Program-made: the position numbers and the translations under genes
Notes under the pieces: model-generated
Database searches by the model: none
The model's input: only the letters and a program-made list of their open reading frames with translations
What the model was told of the DNA's origin: nothing
NCBI RefSeq assembly: GCF_030028105.1
Contig: NC_092378.1
Location: 47,774,400 to 47,838,399, forward strand
Length of the DNA: 64,000 nt
Direction of reading: 5' to 3'
From: Mobula birostris
Lineage: Eukaryota
Shown here: positions 50,511-60,733 of the stretch, in pieces
Layout of the letters: every line of letters begins with the position of its first letter
Numbering within the stretch: position 1 is the first letter of the stretch

Positions 50511-51224
50511 CTGGAGTTTTGAATAAAGAGAGGTCACTAGAAGGTCACCTACTTCTGGAACAATCACAGTGCACAATTATCGCACACTAAAGAAACAGAG
50601 TTAGCATAGTTTCTCAAACAAGAGCCTTTGTATCACCACAGGAGTCTCTGGCTGCCTATTTTCTCACACCATTCACAGAATAAGCCACACCAATAGATGG
50701 GTCAATTACTTTGGTGGCTGGGCAGGAAAAGAAGTGGACAATTTTTGAAAAATATTATATTAGTTAAGTCCCTAGGGTTGGATTGGAGATATCACAGGTT
50801 CCTGTTAAAGGTGAGGGAAAAGATTGTTGTGCCACTTTCAATGATTCTCACTGGCTGCCAAAATAGTACCAAATTATTGGAGGGTGGCAAATGTTATTCC
50901 TTTGTTCCAGAAAAGGTATAGGATTAACCCTGAGTGTTATGTCAGGGATGGGCAAATGACTAGATTCTTTGAGACAGGTTTTATGAGCTTTTGGAGAAGT
51001 GTACTCTGATTAGAGACAGTCAGCATGGCTCTGTGAGAGGCAGGCCATGCCTCACAAGCCTGGTTGAGGAAGTGGTAAAACAAATCAATGAAGATAGAGC
51101 AGTGGATGTGGTGTATATAGGTTTCAGTAAGCCATTTGATAATGTTCCCCACGGTGCACTCGTTCAGAAAGACAGGCAGCATGGGATCTAGGGAATAAAG
51201 TGCAGACATCAATGAGTAGTAGAC

Positions 51225-51842
51225 AACATTCAGGCATGAACTGATATGTGCACAGCCCTCCGATGAAAAATGATATCGTATCTATTAAATAGGGGCCGTG
51301 GACAATTCTGTTTTGATGAAGATGGACGTGAAAGCACAGAGGAACATTTGAAAAAATTTCCGAAACGCTTGTTCGCTGCTGTCGTTACTGCGTGGTCGGG
51401 AATCTTTCGGAGGGTAGGCCTCAAAATCCCCGGCTTTGCCTGCCGTTGGCGACCGAAAAGGAGGTCAAATTGTTTGGATAGTGATGGCGCTCAGTACTCG
51501 GTGTCGGAGAGATGATCAGAGCTCAAAGTTTTTGGATGACTCAAGAGTCGGACCGTGGTCGGGTATGGCAGGGAGAGTTTATCTTCCTTCTCTCCGTCTG
51601 CGTGAGATGTGGGACATTTGAGTGACTTTGAACTTTTACTGTGCTCATGGACTTCATCAAGTTATGGTATTGTTGCACTGTTGTAACTATATGTTATAAT
51701 TATGTGGTTTTGTTAGTTTTTTTCAGTCTTGGTCTGTCCTGTGTTTTGTGATATCACACCGGAGGAAATATTGTATCATTTCTTAATGCATGCATTACTA
51801 AACGACAATAAAAGAGGACTGCGTGTCTTCTTCATAATCTAA
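51225..51842 (+). mobile_element. Non-autonomous retroposon, same 3' family as 27503-28170
   Basis: Shared 3' ~250 bp and ataatctaat tail. Confidence 0.65.
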
Positions 51843-51894
51843 TTATGTTTGTATCATTAAACTACCATGTTATTATCAGCTCCCATGAAAGGAA

Positions 51895-52288
51895 GTAAGA
51901 GAGACAGACAGGCAGACAGAGGGAGGAGGAGGAGAGCAAGAGAGAACAAGAGAAAGGGAGAGAGAGAGTGCACGAGAGAAAAGGAGGCAGAGGGAAAAAG
52001 AGAATTGAGACTGGAGAGGAAGAAAGAGAATTGTAATAGAAAAGGAAGAAAGAGAGATAGAGCAAAAGAGTAGGAGGGAGAGGGAAACTGAGGTGAAGGA
52101 GGAGGGGAAGAGTGAGGGAGAACAAGAGAAAAAGTGAGAGAGGCGCAGAGGCAGAAGGAGTATTGAGAGGAGAGAGAGAGAGAGGCAGAGGCAGAAGGAG
52201 TATTGAGAGGAGAGAGAGAGAGAGAGAGGCAGAGGCAGAAGGAGTATTGAGAGGAGAGAGAGAGGCAGAGGGAGTATTGAGAGGAGGC
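51895..52288 (+). repeat. GA-rich tract ending in a minisatellite (gaggcagaaggagtattgagaggagaga.. unit, about 4 copies)
   Basis: Visible directly; runs into the gap. Confidence 0.85.
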
Positions 52289-52487
52289 NNNNNNNNNNNN
52301 NNNNNNNNNNNNNNNNNNNNNNNNNNNNNNNNNNNNNNNNNNNNNNNNNNNNNNNNNNNNNNNNNNNNNNNNNNNNNNNNNNNNNNNNNNNNNNNNNNNN
52401 NNNNNNNNNNNNNNNNNNNNNNNNNNNNNNNNNNNNNNNNNNNNNNNNNNNNNNNNNNNNNNNNNNNNNNNNNNNNNNNNNNNNNNN
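52289..52487. other. Assembly gap
   Basis: Run of N. Confidence 1.
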
Positions 52488-53068
52488 CTCCCTAAGACAT
52501 TCATCACCACTGTTGACACTTTCCCCAAATGACACCACTTGAGTGGTAGATATTCTGGCCATTTGATCAGAAAGGAAACTCAATGCAACAGACATTCCAT
52601 ACATGACATAGCACAGATACTGGTTAAAAACTTCCTCTAGCACCACTGACTAAGCATTAGGCCACCGCACAACAAAAAAAAATGCCCATGACAGCAGTTG
52701 TACAAGAACACCTCCAGCTCTGAGTCATACACCATACTGATTTACAAATAGAATACAATTCTTCCTCATCAATAGGTAAGAAATCTGGGAGTCCGCTTAT
52801 CAACTTGTGAGAGCACTGACATCACTTGGATTGCCCTGGTTCCTGATGGTGGCTTTGCTCACATGCTGAGAGTGAACTGTGATGGGGTTTATTTCCCGGG
52901 ATTCAAAATAGTTCATGACTGTGTTCGTGATAAGGAAAGCTCCAAAATCCCTCATTGTTCCTGATTGAAATACAACTCCAAATTTTGGGAATTCATATCA
53001 GAGAGGGATTTCATGAGACAAGCAAGTAATTAAGAGATTTCCACAGTGAAAGATTCAGTATCATTTAC

Positions 53069-53191
53069 CTGTACAAGTCCTTCCATCCCCAGTATACCCA
53101 GGCCCACACACACACTGGAAAGAGCCAGGACTGTTGGAACAGGAGGCCGAGCTGTGACAGTCATGGCTCCCATTCTGACATTCATCCACAT
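53069..53191 (-). CDS. cbEGF exon type A4: [41 protein letters not shown]
   Basis: Acceptor ttcgaaactccag|, donor CAG|gtaaat. 123 nt, phase 1-1. Confidence 0.92.
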
Positions 53192-54275
53192 CTGGAGTTT
53201 CGAAGAAAGGAAAGAATTCACTGGAGGGTCCATAGCTTTATGAAATTTCAATGTCCTGCTGCCACATGACCAGATTTATTCCAGCACTTTATCAGAAACT
53301 GAATCAAGATAATCCCCACAGTACACCTCAAGTCAATACTCATTGGAATACTACAAAGGATGGGAAGCAAAATACCAAAAAAAAACACTTATTTAGCTTG
53401 TTATATGTTAGGTATTCATAAAAGGTTCCCCACTAGTAGAGTTCCAAGTGTGTAGCTGTCACAAATTAACCAAGAAATAGACAACACTCAGGCTTGAAGT
53501 GAAATGGCTAAGGACGCTTGTACACAAGTACCACGCAATGACCAACTGTCCGCCTCCCCCTGAGGTATTTATACTATCATCAACTCTTCTACCATCCACA
53601 GCAAAGTGAGCAACTGGGGTTCCTTGATCAAAAGCCAAGGCATCCTGGTGTTTAAGCTAAAAAAATACATTGTGTTGGGTATTTACAAAGATGGTTCAGT
53701 ACTGGACAAACAATTGTTTGTGAAAACCTGATGTAAACTGAAGCCAATAATGTACAGCCTTCTGTTTTAAATACACATCATAGGACTTGGGAATTAGAAC
53801 CATCCAAATGAACTTCCCTACAATTATACAAAATAAGTTTAAGAAAAGTGAGCCAACATTTGTCAGAATCAGAATCAGGTTTATTATCACTGGCATGTGT
53901 TGTGAAATTTGTTAACTTATTAATCCTCTCTGAATCAAGCCTTTCTAGATTTGCAATATTGACTTTTTTGAAACCTTCAAACACAGCCCTGCTTATAATT
54001 GATCAGCCACATTGGTCAATTGTAATTCTATAAGTCTGGTTGTAACTAGTAGAGAAGGTCAGCTACTGGATGATTTTTTTGGTGAGGGGCTTAAATGTTG
54101 ATTCCACAAAGTCAGAAGTTGAGTAAGTGATAAATAAAGTATGCATCTAAGTCTATCTTGTTCTTGACTAAGATAAAACACTTGGTATTTGATAAGTTAC
54201 CACTTCACTGAGGGATTCTATCAAACATCAAGTGAAGTGAGAGCTTTCTAAAGTGAAAGTTTCAGTATTGGTTAC

Positions 54276-54398
54276 CTGTACAACTCCTCCCATCCCCAGT
54301 GAATCCAGGCCCACACACACACTGGAAAGAGCCGGGGCTGTTGGAACAGAAGGCCAAGCTATGACAGTTGTGGCTCCCACTCTGACACTCATCCACAT
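54276..54398 (-). CDS. cbEGF exon type A3: [41 protein letters not shown]
   Basis: Acceptor ttcccaactatag|, donor CAG|gtaacc. 123 nt, phase 1-1. Confidence 0.9.
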
Positions 54399-54669
54399 CT
54401 ATAGTTGGGAAGAAAGAGAGAGGTCACTGGAAGGTCACCTGTTTCTGGAACAATCAACTTCTCACTATGATGTACAAATATTGCACATGAAAGAGACTGC
54501 ATCAGCTTGGTTTCCCACACGAGAACCTCTGTAGTCATTCCAGAAATCTCTGACTTCCCTTCTTCAAACACCATTCACAGAACAAGGCATTAATAACCTG
54601 ACACTAATAGATGGATCAATTACTTTGGTGGTTACTCAGGAAAGGAAGTGGAAGACCTGAAAGACATTA

Positions 54670-56240
54670 GGACAGCTAAATCCCCAGGGTCGGGCTGGAT
54701 ATACCCCAGGTTACTATGTGAAGTGAAGGAGGAGACTGCTACACCACTGTTAATGATCTTTGCATCCTCACAGGCCACAGGAGTAGAAGAAAAAAATGGA
54801 GGGTGGGAAATCTAATTCTTTTGTTTGAAAAAGGAAACAGGGATGATCCTAGGATTATAGACCTGTGAGAATCTTCTGTCAGTGGTGGGCAAATCATTGA
54901 AGGTCATTCTTAAAGAAAAGTTTTTTAATAAGTAATTGGAAAAGTATCATCTGATTAGGAATAGTCAGCATGGCTTTGTGACGGGCAGGTCGTGCCTCAC
55001 AAGTCTGACTGAATTCTTTGAAGAAATGACAAAGTAAGTTAATGAAGGTAGAGCAGTGGTTGTGAGGCATATGGATATTAGCAGGTCTCTGACAAGGTTT
55101 TCTATGACAGGGTCATTCAGAATGTCAGGAGGCAAGGAATCCGGGAAACCTGGCTGTATGGATACAGAATAGGCTTGCAGAGAACGCAGAGAGTGGCTGC
55201 AGATGAAGAGTGGTTGTCAGGAGGTCGATGACCAGTGGTGTTCAGTGGGGATATGTTCTAGACCCCTGTTCTTTGTGATTTTTATAATTGACTTAGATGA
55301 GGAAGTGGAAAGGCGGGTTAGTAATTTTGTAGATGGCATGAAGGTTGTTGGTGGTGTGGAGAGTGCACAATGTTGCTGTAGATTAGAATGAGATGTTGCG
55401 GGGATACAGAGCTAGGCTGAGAAATGGCAGATAGAATTCACACCAAAAAAGATTAAAGAGATATAATTTGGAAGGGCATAATTGAAGGCAGACTACAAGT
55501 TTAATGGCAGGATTCGTAGCAGTGTGGTGCATCAGAGGGATCTTTGAGTCCAAGTCCGTAGATTTCTCAAGGTTGCCACACAGGCTGATTAAGGAGGCAT
55601 ATGGAGTGTTGGTCTTGATTATTCAGGGGACTGAGTTCAAGAGTCATGAGGCAATGTTGCAGCTCTATAAAACTCTGCTTAGACCACTCTTGGAATATTG
55701 TGTCCATTTCTGGTCGCCTCATTACAGGTAGGATGCGGAAGTTTTAGAGAGGTTGCAGCGGAGATTTAGCAGGATGCTGCCTGGATTAAAGAGCATGTCT
55801 TATCAGAAACGGTTGAGTGAGCCAGGTTTTTCTTTTCTTTGGAGTGAAGGAGGTCAAGAAGTGACTTGATAGAGGTGTGCCAGATGATAAGAGGCATAGA
55901 TTGAGCAGACTGTTAGATGCACTTTTTCAGGGCAGACAGAAATGGCTGCTATGAGAGGATATATATACGGGGGAGGTGGCATAATTTTATTGTGATTGGG
56001 GGAAAGTATAGTGGATGTCAGAAGCAGGATTTTTAACAGAGATTCTAATAGTTCATGGAACCTGCTGCTAGGCATGATGAAGAGGCAGATGCCTTAGGGA
56101 TATTTAAGAAATTCTTAGACAGGCACATGGATGAAAGAAAAATGGAGAACTATATGGGAGAAAATGGTTACATTGATCTTAGGGAAGGTTAAAGTGCCAG
56201 CAGAACCTTGTGGGCTGAAGGGCCTTCACTATGCTTTACA
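54670..56240 (+). mobile_element. CR1 ORF2 3' fragment
   Basis: Remnants SQHGFVTGRSCLTSL, LYKTLLRPLLEYCVHFWSPHYR. Confidence 0.8.
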
Positions 56241-56349
56241 TTTCTACTTTCTAAGTTGTAAGACAATGATCTTTAAGAAGAAAAGGCAATGATGGGCAGC
56301 AGTGAGAAAATATTTCTACATGGGGTAAATCCAAATGGTTAAAATGAAT

Positions 56350-56565
56350 AGCAACACACATCAAAGTTGCTGGTGAATGCAGCAGGCCAGGCAGCATCTC
56401 TAGGAAGAGGTACAGTCGATGTTTCAGGCCGAGACCCTTCGTCCAAACGTCTGAAACGTCGACTGTACCTCTTCCTAGAGATGCTGCCTGGCCTGCTGCG
56501 TTCACCAGCAACTTTGATGTGTGTTGCTTGAATTTCCAGCATCTGCAGAATTCCTGTTGTTTGCG
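56350..56565. mobile_element. Young Penelope-derived hairpin element with a perfect 14-bp TSD
   Basis: Near-perfect inverted arms of ~77 bp; tggttaaaatgaat at 56336-56349 and 56566-56579. Confidence 0.85.
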
Positions 56566-57914
56566 TGGTTAAAATGAATGTAGAGCACTCTGTAATGTGT
56601 CTTAAAATGAATTAGAGAAATAGATTATTTCCCAGAGTTGTGAAAATGTGGAACATTTTAAGCACAGGAAGTACAGGAGATGAAATACCAGGCTGCCATT
56701 AACAGTGCAGTTGAGTGTGCGTGAAGAACCAGAGGGTTTGCAAGCAATAGGGGATGAAGTGGGGTTTATGTGCAGTAGCAGCACCAAGGTAAGTCTCTCA
56801 GGCTGAAGGTTCTTATTCAGTCGTAAATTCAAGCAGCATGAATTAACTGGAATATCTGGTAGTTCATGACAGTGAAAGAAAGGGAACTCTATGTCAGTTC
56901 CTGGGGTTCTGTATCTGAGATGTGTCTATAAGATCATTTCTCTGCAAGTTATAAAGATGATTTTTTATTTAGTAACACACATCACATCTCTTTACATGCA
57001 CTTGCTGTAATTATTTCACTTCACTGATTATTCATCTTATCACCATACAAAATTCAACTGATAAAATATATAGTATAGTGCACCAGTCATTACTATCTTG
57101 AAAATTCTTTAAAATGCTTGGGAGAATTTGCACAAAATCGGACCTATCCACATCATTCATCTGCAAACTAAGGATCACCAGTGCAGGGAAGAAAATTCCA
57201 ACGGAAAGGTAAACCATTGGTTTTCAACTTTGCAATGGGGGGGGAGGGACTCTACTGAAGAAATTACAGTAATCCTGAAACACATGCAGAAGTATTAAGA
57301 GAGGTGACAAAAGCTTGGTCATGCAAGAAAGTTTTAAAGAACATCTCAAAGGAATAGAGAGTTGGGGGGGGGGGATTTGTAATGAAATTTCATAGCTGGG
57401 TTCCTGGCAATAGCATGAATGCCTGCCAAAGATGAGGGAAAATAAATCAGGAATGAAAGAGACAAGAGAGGAATGTCACTGGACAGAGAGCAGAGGGATG
57501 AGGCAGAATGAGTTACGTTCATTACAGTCTGAATTTTGAGAGGAAACTTTTGTCAAAAAAGTTGAAAAGATCAATTGAAGAGATGGCAATGTTGTGGTGA
57601 TACGACTGATCTCCTGTGCAAAGTTGTACAAGTTGCCTCAGGCACATAGAGAGACAATTGTTAATCAGAACATCTGAATCAAATGTGCAGATTCCTGAAA
57701 CTTGGATACGGTCATGACTCAGGAAAAAATGTAATTTTAGTCAGTTTGTGAGTGGTTGATTGATTAAACCAGGAAGCTTCCTGCTGCTATCAACCTTCTG
57801 GATTTGCGAGAACTCTGATATTTGGGATTTATCAGATTAGACTCAAACCAATCTACTTGCAATGAATAAAAACAATTGGAAGGATGTATCCTGGAAAGAT
57901 TCAGTTCCAGTTAC

Positions 57915-58037
57915 CTGCACAAGACCTTCCATCCCCAGTGTAGCCAGTCCCACACACACACTGGAAAGAGCCAGGGCTGTTGGTACAGGAGGCCGAGCTG
58001 TGACAGTTGTGGCTCCCACTCTGACACTCATCCACAT
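57915..58037 (-). CDS. cbEGF exon type A2: [41 protein letters not shown]
   Basis: Acceptor ttccaaactccag|, donor CAG|gtaact. 123 nt, phase 1-1. Confidence 0.93.
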
Positions 58038-59342
58038 CTGGAGTTTGGAAGAAAGGTAGTTTTCACTGGAAGGTCAACAGCTTTCTGAACAATTAAGTTC
58101 TCACTCTGATGTACAAAGAAAGTGATTCAACTTCGTTCCTTATATAAAAAGCTCTGGGACCATGGCGGGAGTCTCTGGCTGCACAGAGTAAATCACCACC
58201 ATATCTGACTTTGGTGATAGACAGGATAAGGAGTGGAAGACAATAATCTTTAAGAAGAAAGCACAATTATGGAATCTGATAGGACAGTAAAAGAGAAAGC
58301 TTTACTATATGGGGTGAGTGTGACAGGTTAAAATAACTACTGGGCCCTCACTGTGGACAGTACCCTCTCAGCAAACTGCCTTTTCCAAAAGGTCCCTTCT
58401 GGAAAGTGCTACGGGGCTACTTAAAAAAACATCACACTGTCTTAAGAGTTTCTTTGCCTAGGCAGTTAATCTGATCAAGCATTCTAGTTAGCCACCCCGA
58501 CCCTCCCTTATCTATTACCACAGTAACTGCACTTCACTGTACACACTGCTTTATATAATGCTACTTACATCGTAAATACATGAAAATATTTATGTATTTA
58601 TGCAGATTTTATTCCATCTCATTACTTTAACCTCTAGGTTTATTTTTAATATTTCTTAAGGTTAGCTGGGGTGGTAATGGGGACAAGCTCCCACTACCCA
58701 ATAAATGCTCCCAATGGTGTGTACCTCAAATAACCTCTGACAACCAAGTCCAGATCCTAGCCTTCACGCGTAGCTTCACTACTAAGCCTGGTGGAACTAT
58801 TTGTACTGACAGGAGAAGGGGCAAAGGGGGGTTACTAGTTCGTTAAAGCCAGTTGCTTCAGGCAGATGGGGCTCGCCGGCCATGGTTGGTAACTCATTTG
58901 GGAGAAGGAAAATTCTAATCTCAAACCTCTGCTGCCTTGTGGCTACGCCCACTCATGGGGAAGGCTTCAGGAGCAAACCCCGAGGGAAAAATCTGGAGCT
59001 GGAGCCCCTAAGGTAGTCCCACATTGAGTTCAATGCTGACTGGCAACTCCTGTGATGTTGCTGGTACCAAACTGTATCGGTCTTTGCCGTTCCTTTGGGT
59101 TCATCAGTTGTGTTGGGGGGGAGGGGGCTTGCTACATATAGCTTGTTTTTCATATTGTACTGCCCAGGCTTGCGTATCTAGACAGGCAGGACACAATATC
59201 CAGGGTCAACTCTGACCAACAGAGACCCTCACAATACTTTATTCTTATAATTGCTGAATATTGCTGTTTCTGTGCAACACATCACAGCAAATTACTAATA
59301 CATGTGAATGTATATAGCAAATAAAGTTGATCCTTGACTAAG

Positions 59343-59490
59343 TAAAGCACACAAAATGCTGGAGAAGCTCAGCTGGTCGGGCAATATAACATTATTCCTC
59401 TCCATAGATGCTGCCTGACCTGCTGAGTTCCTCCAGCATTTTGTGTGTATTATTCTGGATTTCCAGTATTTACAGAATCTCTCGTGATTA
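59343..59490. mobile_element. Penelope-derived hairpin element with ~15-bp TSD
   Basis: tgatccttgactaag (59328-59342) and tgatccttgaccaag (59491-59505); inverted arms. Confidence 0.7.
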
Positions 59491-60610
59491 TGATCCTTGA
59501 CCAAGCTATCTTACAATGAGTTGTGGAGAAACCTCTTCATCCAGAATGGTGAGAATATGGGAGATAGGACTCCAATCACAAGGAGTGTTTGAGGTTTCCA
59601 TTCACAGGAGAGGTAAATATGTCATAAAGGATCAGAAATGTATCTATCAATGGGAGATGAGGGAGGATTTGTATGCAGTGAGAACAGTAACATCCTGTCA
59701 ATCTCTCAGCCTAGAGATCACTCAGACATAGATCTCACAGTGGTAAAACATAGGCCAACTCACTGTGGTTAATAAAGGATTATTGAATGTTACCAAGAAT
59801 ACGGGTTAAAATTGCAATCAAAACAAACCCTGTCATTTGCGAATATGATTCAGTCATTTAAGTTTTTCAGTCATAACATTTAACTGCAATGAATTTATTA
59901 AAATGTAAAATAATGCAGCACATTTAATCGTAGCATTCAGAAAAATCTGACCTGACATGTACAGTAGCAGTACTGCAAATTGGTTTGTAAATTTACAATG
60001 GGAAAAGTCAAAACTCACTTGAAGAAATTGCAATATTCCCAGCTAGGTATAGACATATTAAAGAGAGCTGGCAAAAGCTTAATGATGGAGACATGTTTTA
60101 GGAAACATCTTAAATGTGGAGAGATACTTAAAGGTGTTTGTGAATGACATTTAACTGTTTGGAACCTCAGCAATAGTATGCATGTCTTGCAAAGTTGAGG
60201 GAAAATGACTAAGATGAGGTAACACCATCTGGGTCAATGGCAGCAGTGTCTAGCTGCCCATCCTTCTCATACTATTCACAGAGCAAGCCACTATCATGTC
60301 TGGATCCCTAATTTTAGTGATGGACAGGAGGAGTGGAAGACAAGAAAGGGCATTAATAGAATCTGATAGGTCTGCAGAAGGAGAAAATATTTCTACAAGG
60401 CATTCTGGACCTTGGCAGTCCAAAGACCTTGGAACATGGCTGCCAAAGATTAGGGAAAAACATTCAGGAATGAATAAGAAATAAGAATGAGGGGAATGTT
60501 GGTGGACTGACAGGCTCCATTCGTTGCGGAGCTCTGTAACGTTACAAATGAGACAGATTGGTTACCTTTACTGACTGAACTCTAGAAGTATCATTCTCAG
60601 TATCAATTAC

Positions 60611-60733
60611 CTGCACAGGTCCTTCCATCCCCAGTGTAGCCAGTCCCACACGTACACTGGAAGGAGCCAGGGCTGTTGGAACAGGAAGCCGAGCTGTGAC
60701 AGTTGTGACTCTCGCTCTGACACTCATCCACAT
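60611..60733 (-). CDS. cbEGF exon type A1: [41 protein letters not shown]
   Basis: Acceptor ttctcaactccag|, donor CAG|gtaatt. 123 nt, phase 1-1. Confidence 0.92.

Noticed and set aside
51857-52646. Long low-complexity ORFs across the GA tract and gap (also 32875-33234 and 41638-42318)
   Set aside because: Artefacts of microsatellites and N runs.
955-60733. Naming the gene SCUBE, FBN, UMOD, CUBN or ADGRE
   Set aside because: Diagnostic domains (TB, Cys-rich repeats, D8C/ZP, tandem CUBs, GAIN/7TM) are not visible, and the CUB is too divergent.
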